From: Octopus vulgaris
Taxonomy: Eukaryota
Assembly (NCBI GenBank): GCA_951406725.2
Contig: OX597828.1
Coordinates: 3,906,001 to 3,970,000, forward strand
Direction of reading: 5' to 3'
Length of the DNA stretch: 64,000 bases
The notes below the pieces were generated by a model, which ran no database searches, had not been told where the DNA came from, and saw only the letters and a list, made by a program, of their open reading frames with translations. A program made the translations under genes and the position numbers. Below, piece after piece: positions 13,759-25,924 of the stretch (positions are counted from its first letter, which is position 1; each line of letters starts with the position of its first letter).

Positions 13759-14037
13759 AGCATTTGATGTTTTGATGTCCTTACTCCCAAACTTTTGTGA
13801 GTTGAATTAAGCAAACACTATATATGAGAGAGATTTTCTTTAAGTATTAGAAATAGCTTTAAAAAAGTTTTTTAGCTGCTATTTCTAATGAGTTCAGTAT
13901 GCGGCAAAGTAATTTATTTTACTAAGCCCTTTTATATAATGTAATAATTTGAATTCGCCTTAAATGGTCCCTTTGCATACTGAACACTTGGTGAAATTGA
14001 TTAATAATTAATTAATTTTACCCTCAATTGTTGAAAT

Positions 14038-14071
<34 letters not shown>

Positions 14072-14121
14072 CATACATATGTGTGTGTGCATACATATGT
14101 CTGTATATTTATATATATATG

Positions 14122-14166
<45 letters not shown>

Positions 14167-16722
14167 ATATGCTTGTATACATATGAACAGTTCTTGTCTA
14201 TATTGCGATATCTCTAAAGCTTTCACCAGCACTCTGTTCACAAATGTCAAAACCTTTCTTCCTATACGATATCTCCTAAGAGCGACGTCATCAGTAGCTG
14301 AGTGCATTTGTAACTCTTTACAAAGTCACACATTATAAACTCAATATTACTAAGGATTAAATACAATTTTGATTGACAGCTTTGCATATATGATGCTTCT
14401 TTGATGCATAAATTATTAGAACATTAAGAATGTTTTCTTTCAATACTTTTGGACAATATTGCACGCAACTAACTTGGCTTAATATCTCCGCAGTTGCTTT
14501 TTTTTCCTGTCTACATCATTCTATATGTGGAATGTTGCCTAAAATCCTGTCTTTATATTCTGTTCTATCGTTTAGCATTGAAACAAAGTTTTGTTAACGC
14601 ACTAAAAACTATTTTGTTTATTGTACGACACTACTTAGCTTCATGGAATATTATTTACTCGAGCATGGCGTCTTATCGCTCATAATCATTAAATAGTTTT
14701 ATTGATTTTCTTCAAAGGAATCTATAGCTTTCAAAGTGACTCTTGTAGTTCCCGATACTGATGACAGTCAAATAACTAAAAATGCATTTATCGATTACTA
14801 GAGGGCACCCTGAGATGACTGTTGGCGTTTTAGCCCTGGTTGCCTAAATCAAAAATTTTCTCCATGGCCATCCCCCGTGAAATCGGTTTCGTTATAGGTT
14901 AAGTATTACATAAACATATTTGAACTGATTTAAATGTTTGTTTATGTGACAATTCTGTTTTGCGCTCATACTATGTATATTTTCCTCTTTTATACATTTT
15001 CCATGACACCGATGGGGTGTAAGAGGAAATGCATCCCCACATAGTAAAAATTGCACGGAGCGGAAATTACTCAAAATGCCAGTAGTGTTGTTTAGATAGG
15101 CAGTCAATTAGGTTTATCACCCAATTCGGCTATGCGTCAGTTTGAACTCAGAATGCAGAGACAGTTACTGAAAAGTAACCGGTACGACGTTCTCACAGTT
15201 ATACCAATCTTTCACGTAAGATTACTACTAGTTTTATCGCCCCCTTAAAGGGATCAAATGTAGAAGTGATATCAGGAAGATCTGAACTCAGAAAGTACTG
15301 TTGTACGTACACCCTAGGAGTTTGCTGTCGATAAGTTTAGATGTGTACAAAAATCGCATGAAAACCTCTAGCTAGTACTTTCATCATCTCCCACACCTAA
15401 CTACACTGAATTTATTCAGCCCGCAACATATTTTTGTGTCCTACTGCTTTTACAGTATAATCTAATTCCTGGTTTCTATAGCTTTTAAACCTTTCTCTTT
15501 GAATGTATGGTTGTGTATATCTGTGAATAATTACACATTCATTAAATATTCCCTCGTCCACCAACTTGTTTCCCATCACCTTATTAGTTTTCTGGTCACC
15601 GACCAATATACGTTTTGGGAAAAACAAACAATATATGGAAACAGCACAGCATTGGTACCTGCATAAATTCAAGCGATCCACTAATGATTTCACTGTTCCT
15701 TCGCTGATACAAATGTTTAAGAGTATTATCATCACGGCTTTTAAATGCATCCGCGATTTCATCGTTTTCTTATGGTTTAGAAAAAATGTATGCGTGTTTG
15801 TTATATTTTTGACTATTATTTCTTATAGTCCGGCTTCAGTGTTGGCGAGTTAGAGCAGTATCATCTGCATACCTTAGGTTGGAAACATGCAAGTCATGTA
15901 TTATAATGCTATCCTCTTCCTTTATTCCTTCTCGATTATCCAGTAAATAATTGAGCTAAAAACAATGGATAAGCAATAAGCAAGATCCATAGATGTACGC
16001 ACCCATGTGTGTATATTTATGAATATATACGTGTGTGATGTATGTGCATATAAATAGTATTTTCTGCCTAAGAAACGTACAGTATGTGAGCGAGCGAAAA
16101 TCTTAAGCGTATACATGACACTTATATATACGTAAATATTACAATAACTTTAGAGATAGACATGTATGTTGATGCATTATAGATGACTGTTTATATATCT
16201 ACACATTTCTCTGTTATCAGGAGGTATGTTGTTATGATAACATCCATATCTAAATAGTGTAACACTTGCAACTGAAACTTCTGCTATTATTAGCTTCCTG
16301 ATTACTCCTCGACAGTGAATATTCATACAAATAAAAACATTAATAAAAACAATATGAAATTATAGAAAGGCCAGTTTCTTCTCTATTTTCACCCCTCAGC
16401 AATACATAATAACTGATTCTTAATAAGATAGTGATAAATAATTTCTTTCATTAACTATTTATGGTGTCTTCAATGAAACCTTACTCTCATCCATTACACG
16501 CGAAATTGGGTCTGATTTAATTATTTAGTAGTTACAGAGTAGTTTCTAATACGAAACGCAGCCACGCAAATGTACACATGTGCATAAAACACAAACTTCC
16601 AATTCTGCATAAGGATAAGCATACATCAATACAACACAGGCAGAGATTCATACACACACAAATAACATATGTGTGCACATGTGCGAGTGTGTGTATGCAT
16701 ATATGTGTGTTTGTATATGTAT

Positions 16723-16836
16723 GTGGTAAGAAGCTAGCTTCCCAACCGTATACTTCCAGGTTCAGTCCCATTGCATGGCACCTTGGGCAGGTGTCTTCTA
16801 CAGTACCCTAGGGCCGACCAAAGAAGCCCGTCGTAT
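16723..16836 (+). mobile_element. tRNA-derived SINE (internally deleted)
   Basis: GTGGTAAGAAGCTAGCTTCCCAACC...GGTTCAGTCCCA...GGCACCTTGGGCAGGTGTCTTC...AAGAAGCCCGTCG then (TA)n. Confidence 0.8.
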
Positions 16837-16842
16837 ATAAAT

Positions 16843-16896
<54 letters not shown>

Positions 16897-16902
<6 letters not shown>

Positions 16903-17410
16903 GCTGAGTAGAAAGTAAACAACGTTTTGAAACATGAAATTCATCTCACTATATTTCTATATTTCAACAATGCTGAAATTTTATTCATCAAAGTATGTAC
17001 GAGTTGGTTTATTCCGGTAACACAAAAGTTTAGAGTTCTGGAGCTGATGAATTCTTTGAATGCCCTTTCAGCAACGGTTTGACTTTTAAACTCTTTCTCT
17101 CGCAGGAAACTATCAAAGTGCTTGAAAAAGTGGTAGTCGATAGGAGAAAGGTCTGGGGGAATAAGCTGAGTGGGGTAGAACGTCGTAGCCAAGTTCCCTC
17201 AACATCTGGAGTGTCATTAGTGAAACGTATGGTCGAGCATTGTCAGGAAGAATGGTTGGCCCTCTTCTATTGACCAGTCTCGTACGGAGAAGTAGTTTTT
17301 CGTTCATGTTGGCAATTTCATGGCAATGTTTCTACAGTAATGGTTTTTCCTGGGTTTAAGATTTTATAGCGGAGGAGTCCAAAGTAAACCACCAAGCAGT
17401 CACCATAACT
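16897..17410 (-). mobile_element. Mariner transposase 3' fragment (frameshifted)
   Basis: LVNRRGPTILPDNARPY, LPHSAYSP, PDLSPIDYHFFKHFDSFL in the ORF track (D34D domain motifs). Confidence 0.9.
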
Positions 17411-17414
17411 TTCA

Positions 17415-18240
17415 ATATATATTTCTTTATCTGTGAATTAAGGCTACCATTGGTTTCATGTTCAGAAAAGTAGAAAATATCTTAGAGTCTTAACAATTTT
17501 TTTGAGCCGATCACATGAGGAAATATGTTCGCCTCCATTTTGGAAAACTTTCTCACTTTGTTCACGAGATTTCTTGTAAATTTGCCTGAATGAAACAATG
17601 AATCAAGGGATCAAGGGACGTGACTCTAGAGTGGCATCTTTTGGAGTTTGTCTCCTTTGACTTTTCTGTTCGGTAAATTTTTTCATGATTAATTATTTTC
17701 CATTATTAGTCTGTTCATGTTCTGGGCATGGTGTTCTACTGGTATGCTGAAGTAGTACGACATTGGGACATATTTCTTCTTTGCATGAAGTTTGTGTGCT
17801 ATGTGTGTTCACGTTTAGGAAAGGGGCTATCCTAGTAGCGTTATTCTCGTTTATTTGAATGTAATATTTGAATGTAAAATTTTACTTGTGTGTAAAGGGA
17901 GAGGATGTTTCATCCCTAACGTTTAAGATGTTATCTGTTGATTGTATAATGTTTAATTTTTCAGTAGTACAGTGTTCACATTTGGTGCCCCGTTCTCTGC
18001 ATTATTTGACTTAAGCAATAATTTTCCATTCTATCTGGGGGTTGCTTATGCTACCATCTTTCAATGTCTATATCATATTTGATAGAGATGTTGCATGTTT
18101 TTGCTTTGGTCACTGAATGATGTAAGTGGTTTTGTATACCGTTCCTTGAACGTGTTGCCCGTCATTCCGTTATACGTCTTTGCTATTCTGTTGGGGGTCT
18201 GTGATATTGGCCTTGTATACAAATTCTAACAGAAACACTG
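17415..18240 (-). mobile_element. Penelope-like element 3' part (GIY-YIG relic plus pLTR with degenerate hammerhead at 17442-17512)
   Basis: Minus-strand translation VYKANIT..AKTYNGMTGNTFKERY..ATSLSNMI..WKII..CEHCTTEKL; inverted homolog of 18300-18720. Confidence 0.8.
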
Positions 18241-18299
18241 TTAAGGTTAGCTATAGTTGCCTCACCAATATAGGGTCAATAATACTTAATCACAATAAA

Positions 18300-18720
18300 T
18301 ATAAACACATCAAAAACACCTCAGAAAAACAATGCAACTAGAGATTCACCAAACTGGTGCCCTCTAAACAACAACTGTCTCGAGAAAGAACTCGTATATA
18401 AGGCCAAGTTCACAGTCCTCAACAGAATAGCAAAGACGTATATCGGAATGACAGGCAACCCGTTCAAGGAAAGATATACACAAGATCTTGCGTCGTTCAG
18501 AGACAAAAAAAACGTGCGACATCCCTATCAAATATGATATGGACATTGAAAGAAGGTAGAACAAAGCGAGACTGCTTTCCAAAATGGAGGCGAACACCTT
18601 TCTCCATGTGATCGGCTTGAAAATTGTTAAGATACTAGGCTATTTTCCTACTTTTCTTAACATGAAACCGCTGGTAGCCATGATACTCTTAATTCACAAA
18701 TAAGGAAATTATATAGCCAC
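18300..18720 (+). mobile_element. Penelope-like (Neptune-type) GIY-YIG relic plus pLTR
   Basis: CPLNNNCLEKELVYKAKFTVLNRIAKTYIGMTGNPFKERY..SF..ATSLSNMIWTLK, followed by a hammerhead. Confidence 0.85.
18611..18684 (+). ncRNA. Type I hammerhead fold with U3-A8 core variant; predicted cleavage after 18676 (GUA)
   Basis: GGC/GCC stem I; core UUGAAAA; stem II UGUUAAGA/UCUUAACA with inner UAGG/CCUA; GAAA-CC-GCU-GG-UA. Confidence 0.7.
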
Positions 18721-18795
18721 CAATGCAGTGTTGCACACTCATTTCATTGCTCAAAATTTGCGTACACACACACACACAAACACTCACACCCGCTT

Positions 18796-18826
<31 letters not shown>

Positions 18827-18839
18827 TATATATATCAAA

Positions 18840-20155
18840 CCGAGGAAAATCCATTTCCTTCAAATATAATATAATATAATATAACATATAATTGGAACAA
18901 ATATAGATCCAACAATTTGTTTCAACTCCTACCCGCTAGTGAATTTATAAAATTTTACATTTATGCATACGAGTCTCCTAAGGGTGATAATTGTTAAAAA
19001 AAAACAAAAAACAGGAAAAATTCCAAGAAAGGATGCTAAATTATAAAATTGACTGATATAGAATATGCCTACGTTTACAAGCGTGAGCGTTAACAATTCA
19101 AAAATATAATAAATACGATAAAACAACAATAAAATTCAGATGGACAAAATAATTAAAGAAAATTTACATCGGTCATAAAATGTTCCTGTGAATCACCAAT
19201 AATATTAATCTAAAGATATTTTAATCGAAAATAATTACAGGCCATTATATTATATTATATCTATATAATATGTTAAAAATTTATGGTGGAGTAGGAAATA
19301 TATTTTACTTAAAATTATTGTATACTATGATGAAAAAATAAATAAATAAGGATATATTTTATTCATACACTAAATTCATAAAAAAAATTCTTAATCAACG
19401 ATTCATTCACTCTAAAGTTTCTACTAAATACGCTGATGTTGATCAAATCTGTAAAGTTATGATTAGTATAAACTATAATATTTCTTACATAATAACGATA
19501 GAATTTCACTTCGTTTTACAGAAATAAATAAATTAGAGCAAGTCAATATTTATATTATTCTATAAATTTGAATGTGTATACAAGTTTGAAAGAACATATG
19601 ATGATATATCCTAAATCTTTTAGGGTCAACAAGAAATAATCATACATGCATAATTATTCAAAAAGATATACAACTGTATATAATAATTGTTCTAATTTAT
19701 TTATTCGTACTAATATAAACATTATTATCCTTAGTAAATAAGTAAAAAACACAAAATTTACTTAGTTTATCAGAGGAAAATACCACCATAAATCCATGAT
19801 CATATATTTATAGATTGATTGCTTACGGAAAAATAACTGCAGATATGTACTTAGAACAGAAATGCTTTTGATCACGATAGGGCCTTTTATAAAATTATCC
19901 ATATGTTATTATTTTTATTAAATTCAATTTATATATTTATAAATTTATTTATTTGGAATTTTTGTCTGTTTTTTTAGTAGATATCACTCTGAGGAGACTC
20001 GTATGTATAACTATGTATTTTTATAAATTCACTTGTGGATATGAGTGGAGACAAATTGTTGGGTTCATATTTGTTTTAATTATTTGTTATATATTATATA
20101 ATAAGATGTCTCTTTATTATATAAGCTGTGGTTGAAGCGAATGGCAATTTTATTG
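18840..20155. mobile_element. Non-autonomous foldback/MITE-like element with long diverged TIRs
   Basis: 18880-19010 is the inverse of 19960-20100 (GTGAATTTATAAAA..ATACGAGTCTCCT vs AGGAGACTCGTAT..TTTTATAAATTCAC); weaker inner matches; ends approximate. Confidence 0.7.
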
Positions 20156-20413
20156 AATAAATTTACTCTTATATTTTTATATAATTTTGATAAATATACC
20201 AGTTAAAATGAAATGTCAATGTTATTTTCATTTTTGCGTAATTTAGACGACAGTTTATTCACCACACCCTGTATATGGATATAATGTGTTATTGAAAACC
20301 GTCTCATACGGCCTATGCAGCTTAAAGTTTCTTTCGCTTCTTCACCCTCATCCATATTTACTGACACTCGTACAAGCACACATGCGCGCGCACACACTGT
20401 CACATACGGTGAC

Positions 20414-20530
20414 CGGTAAATCCCACCGCGGTAAATTCCACCGCAGTAAATTCCACCGCGGTAAATTTCACCATAGGTAAATTCCAACACGGTATATTCT
20501 ACCATAGTAAATTTCACCTTAGGTGAAATT
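20414..20530 (+). repeat. ~15-bp minisatellite (CGGTAAATTCCACCG) x ~7.5
   Basis: Tandem copies visible; gives the repeated HRGKF peptide in the ORF track. Confidence 0.9.
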
Positions 20531-20552
20531 ATTATTATTATTATTATTATTA

Positions 20553-20672
<120 letters not shown>

Positions 20673-21109
20673 TAGTAGTACCACCACCATCACAAACACA
20701 AACAGCAACGGTTTCGCCTCGGCGCAAAGCAAACAAAAGAAATGTTGAATTTAACAACAGATGAAATATAAAATGTAAGCAGGTTGTTAAGGAAGGAAGG
20801 AAACAACGTCTTCTTTAACACCCTTCAGGAATTAATTAAGGAAACCAATAAAAAATCTGTGAGATATAAAGTTTTAAACGTTAAGAAGAAAAGAGTAGAA
20901 CGAGCCTCCCAACAACAGTTGGGAATGGTGCTCAAACTAATATGTTTAAGAGATGAGGAATTATCTACATTATTTAGATTATTTACATTTGACATATCTG
21001 TCCTCATCTTGCTTGTTATTAACACAAAGTTTCGACTGATATACCCTCCAGCCTTCATCTGGTGTCTTGAGGAAATTTCAAACCTGGGTTCTGATACCTA
21101 AGGTATTTT

Positions 21110-21201
<92 letters not shown>

Positions 21202-21489
21202 ATTATTATTATTAACACCACCTCCACCAGCACTACCACCTCAAACATCAACGCAGTGCACAGCACGAAGAAACTACACAAACACCACCAACCTCACAGC
21301 CATCGACACCGACAATATACACCTGGTTACATACATTACAGAAAGCACAGATACCACAACGGAAAACTTTGTCTTTCCAGCAATCAATGTACCACCACCA
21401 CCACCACCACCACCACCACCACACATACAAATTTTAAAACTGAAACAAGAAACATACAACACTTTGAAAATTAATTTTCTAAATGATGT

Positions 21490-23522
21490 TTGCTCTTTGA
21501 GATGACCCGAGGTCTCTTAGTGTAGCTGTTACAGCCATTAGTGAATTCAGATGATCCAACTCATCTGGCCTCATCACCTTTTCCGGTGATTTTTCTATCT
21601 CCATGTCGGCTTAGAAGGGGCGGTGGTGGTACTGTGGTGCTTTTCCTGAAGGGTCTGGATTTGGAAATAAAGGCAGTCTTCCTGGATCCAGAAGGTAAGT
21701 GTTTCTAGATGTGATCATCAGTGACGGTGGTGCTTTCTGACTGGTGGCTGCCTATGCTCTGACTTTAGTATTAGTAGGGGATTGGAACGTTGTTTTAGAT
21801 GGACGTTTCAATTGCGTGCGGGTATCTGATAGGAGAAGGTGTGCAAAAATCTGAAAATCCTGCTCAGACGTTTTCGATTATCTGTCAGGTACCGACAAGA
21901 TTACTCGAATGTGCCAATGTAGACTTCGACAAAACGCATAGGGTCATGAAGATCGTATCTAGATAGGGTATTTTTGTTGGTCAGTGGACAAGGGTAGCAT
22001 AGGGTGTCCACAATTTCACACGGTCGGCTACACAGACCACAAATTTGTGATGTGTACGGCCGACTTAGGCTTCACAGACATAGCCCTGGTTACTGGAAGC
22101 TGAACACGTCATTACCGGTGTGTCAAGCGTACAGAGACCGGATTAGCAAATTAGTTAAGCGGGCGTTGATGGGGGCAATCGTCAACAGCAACTGGTGGTT
22201 TGCTCTTAAAAGGGCAATTAGAGTAGATTCGATTAGGTTTAGCAAGGCATTAGCGATAGAACGAAATAGAATAGAGGGAGATGTAGTTAGAAAGTTAGAT
22301 GAAGCGCCTAGGACAGGCATCGCAACCGACTTGATGGCGGCGAGGCTGGTCCTCCACCAATTTTTCAACGCCAAACACGAAGACCGCGTTGTCAGACCTA
22401 AGGCAACTGTTCACTAAGCTCCATCTGCTATCAACAGCCGCTGAATGTAAGGCTGGGTATGCCGTGGTTACTGATGCTCAAACATGCGCTGAGGTTGCGG
22501 CATCTCCAGCGTTTCCCTGATGGTAAGTCACCGTTTGTCAGAGACACATTTCCACCGCTCGACTCTTTAACTGAGCTGCAAACCTGGTTTAGGCGCAGAC
22601 CGAAGAGGGTCGCTTGGCAAATCGAGTGCTGTGAAGCGCTCACAGCCCCCCGCCAGGCGAGCAATGCGGTCGGTGGTAGTTCCTCTCTAGCGTTCTATAG
22701 AGGGCTAGTGGAGGGAAAGTGCGACGACGTTCTCGGGGTAACTCTGGACGTCGAAGAGGATCAACTAACTGGTCTATTTCGGAGAACTTTCAGGCCTGGG
22801 CCAATAGATAACTTCCAGAAATCCCTTGCCTGGCTACCGAGGGGTGCTTTCTATTCAAAATAAACTTTACAGGCACGGAAGTGCCGTCAGCCGAGACTAC
22901 TCGAGGTGCACCCAGAAGGATGAAACCGTTCTGCACGGCCGAGTATTGCTGACCTGTGAGTTCATGCCGAACACCTGCTGTCGCGTGTAGGACGGATCCG
23001 GTTATCAGCTGAATCCATTGTGACGATTGCCCCGCCGCCCTCTTCTGGTCGGCAGGGGCAAGCAATTTTTATTTGTCTATTGGCTGTAGCGAAAGAGGTA
23101 GAAAAGGGGGACCCGTTTGAAAGGGCTAAAGACAGACACTTTCCCCTTTGGCCAAGCTCTCATAAACTTTTTCAAGTTTCACTTGAAAAGGAAATTGAGG
23201 GCGGAGAGGGAAGTGTTGACTTCTAACAAGTTTATTGAAAAATAGGTTAGTGTTGGAAGAATGGCCAGTGTGAAAGGACAAATTCTGAGCGTGCACCTGT
23301 AAAAAAAATTATAGGAGAAGGGCTCTCACTTTGTTGATCATGCACCCGTGGCTTTTGTGGGTTTCTCCATGGGGACCTTAAAGTGCCGCCCCTATTCGGA
23401 ATTTTTGATTTGTTCAATTTTAATTATTATATTGTGTACACGCAGAAAACCCATTTTATCGTCCCGTTTTTGTCGTTTATGTTATCCTTTAATGTGGGAC
23501 ATTGTGGATAATAAAAGAATGA
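21490..23522 (+). mobile_element. Degenerate L1/Tx1-like LINE (APE endonuclease plus C-terminal region; RT missing)
   Basis: GRGGGTVVLF, GDWNVVLD, SYLDRVF, YTDHKFV, PGYWKLNTSL; ETVLH near a zinc-knuckle remnant; AATAAA then (TTA)n. Confidence 0.8.
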
Positions 23523-23561
<39 letters not shown>

Positions 23562-23567
23562 TTTATC

Positions 23568-23600
<33 letters not shown>

Positions 23601-23849
23601 TTTATTTTTATCTTTATTATTATTATTATTATTTTTATTTTTATCTTTATTATTATTATTATTATTATTATTATTGTCGTTGTTGTTGTTGTTGTTGTTG
23701 TTGTTCTTCTTCTTCTTCTTCTTCTTCTCCTTCTTATTATTATATGGGTTACGATAATATAGAAACAAAAAAGAATGCATAAACATAATATCAATAATGT
23801 CAATGAATACAAAAAATATGAGGGTAAAAAAATAATTACGGAACAATCA

Positions 23850-25170
23850 CAAAGAAATACACGGCGAATACTTTAAACACCCGAATGAGGAAGCAATATC
23901 AAAAAGAAACATTAAAGTTTATAAAACAAAGCAAATACTCAATGTTAGATGAAAATATTATACAGTATTTACAAGACAGAAACAACTACCATGGAAGGAA
24001 AAAAAAGGCATGCAGATATTGTAAAAAACAACGGAAATATCGAACATAAAGCAATACAATATGGAAAAAGAGAGACACGATGAGATAACCAAAATAATCT
24101 TTGCGAACCTACTACAGTAATATAACATCAAAAAACCAGAAAAATCATACACAGGCAAATAGAATAGGTAACATCAAGTTAAAAGGTCAAGATTTTAGTA
24201 GATAGAATCTATACCAAACTGTATAGAAAACAATAAACCCGATATTACAATATTTGACCACGAAAAAAAAAAGAAGAAACAATAATAATCGAAACTGGAA
24301 TAACATCGTCAAAAAAAAAATGAACGAAGTCGAAATGACAAAAATACAAAAGTACAACAGACTTGCTAAAGAAATTAAACAGATAAATAGATATAAGGTT
24401 GAAATAATACTATTTATAATGACTTGACGGGATGGTCTCAAACAGGAAAAAGAAAGACAAACTGTACATTTGCTACAGTATCGTCAAAAGGGACAGTGCT
24501 CAAGATGGGAGGAATATATGGTCAGTCGCAAAGTCACATGGAAATAACTTTGGGTTTGGGAACAAGCAAGAACATCCTTTGTGATGAAGTCTACCTTCGA
24601 CGTTTTGCCGTCACCGGCCAACTTAGTCCGTTGGAGCATACAAACGGCTGACGAATGTAAATGCGGAGAGAAAGCGACTATGAGACATGTCCTGTCAATC
24701 TGCAGGCTGTACTGGACAGATATACATGGCGTTACAACCAAATCTCTGGTTTTATAAGCAAAACACTCAGGGAGAAGATCGAGGAATACAATAGGGGAGA
24801 CTACCCGAAAATGAAACAGCGCGGAAGGATATAATTCCAGAAGGAGGGAAAAGGAAATAAGACCAGGCCTAGAAAAGTAAAGTATACGAGACGGATGAAA
24901 GATGGAAAGGATACTGGGAGCTGGCCGCGGATTTGGTAAGAAAAGTAATATTCCCACTCATAATAACAACAAAAAGACCGGACTTAATCCTTTGGAATTC
25001 AGAACAAAAGATTAGAATTTTGACAAATCTAAAGTGCCGTGGGAAGAAAACATCGCTAATGCAGAGCGACGGAAGGAGAGGAGATATGAAAGATTAATAG
25101 AAGAGTGCAGGAAACAGGGGTGGGCTGTCGGGTATTACCACTGCCAGTGGGAGTGAGAGGCTTCATTCGA
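23850..25170 (+). mobile_element. Degenerate RLE-type LINE, HERO-like
   Basis: CGEKATMRHVLSIC, RYTWRYNQ, KRPDLILW, VPWEENIANAERRKERRYE..EEC..QGW across frameshifts. Confidence 0.75.
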
Positions 25171-25432
25171 CCGTAAACTAACGCGCATGTGGATGAGCAC
25201 TCCACAGACACGTGTATCCTTAACGTAGTTCTCGGGTAAATTCAGCGTGATGCACAGTGTGAAAAGGCTTGTCCTTTGAAATACAGATACTTCTCATTTC
25301 TGCCAGCTGGGAAGATTGAAGTAATGTGAAAAAATGTATCTTGCTCAAGGACACAACGCGTCACCGGGAATTGAATTCGCGATCGTAAGGTCGTGAGTTC
25401 AATTCCCGATGAATCACACCACTGAGCCACGT
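25170..25432 (-). mobile_element. tRNA-derived SINE, same family as 45217-45518
   Basis: GTGGCTCAGTGG..GTGTCCTTGAGCAAGA..GAGAACTACGTTAAGG..ACACGTGTCTGTGG on minus strand. Confidence 0.8.
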
Positions 25433-25519
25433 GAATTCAGTCATGCATATATAAATAAATTTTAACAGAATGAGATAAAAATCCAAGGCTGTAAAAGATT
25501 TGAGAACATATATAAAGAG

Positions 25520-25567
25520 GTGTTACAGCTGTTTCCGGGATATTTAATATATACCTTCATCGGAGAC
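25520..25567 (-). ncRNA. Degenerate minimal hammerhead (PLE pLTR type)
   Basis: GTCT-CCGATGA-AGGTATAT..ATATCCCG-GAAAC-AGCT-GTA-ACAC; U4>C in core and one stem I mismatch. Confidence 0.55.
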
Positions 25568-25777
25568 GGTGTAAGAAAATGATTAAGCAATAGTTATTCA
25601 AGATAAGATATGAAATAGAGAGTGAAGTGGAGAAAATAGACGTGAGATAAGCATATTTAGTCAGAATGGTATACATGTACCTTGTGAGTAAGTTCCAATA
25701 GTATTTAAAACAGAGTTTGTAAACGGTGTTATTGAATCGAGGATTTTTTGAAGTGATTTAAAAGTGTGTGTATATAT

Positions 25778-25924
<147 letters not shown>

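Larger units (their letters stand above)
11510..14041. mobile_element. Retrozyme-like array: ~4.5 units of 561-562 bp, with inverted 5' segment (11510-12268, minus) and direct segment (12272-14041, plus)
   Basis: Identical landmarks at spacings of 562 and 561 bp (CTGATGA at 12579, 13141, 13702); inverted copy at 11750-11756; flanked by TA-rich microsatellites. The repeat is seen directly; the retrozyme call is inference. Confidence 0.75.

Noticed and set aside
11644-13814. Repeated 65-aa and 67-75-aa ORFs in the array
   Set aside because: Non-ATG starts, overlapping on opposite strands, no recognisable motifs; they recur only because the DNA is repeated.
20414-20530. CRISPR-like periodicity
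   Set aside because: Contiguous tandem units without spacers, no cas genes, eukaryotic context.
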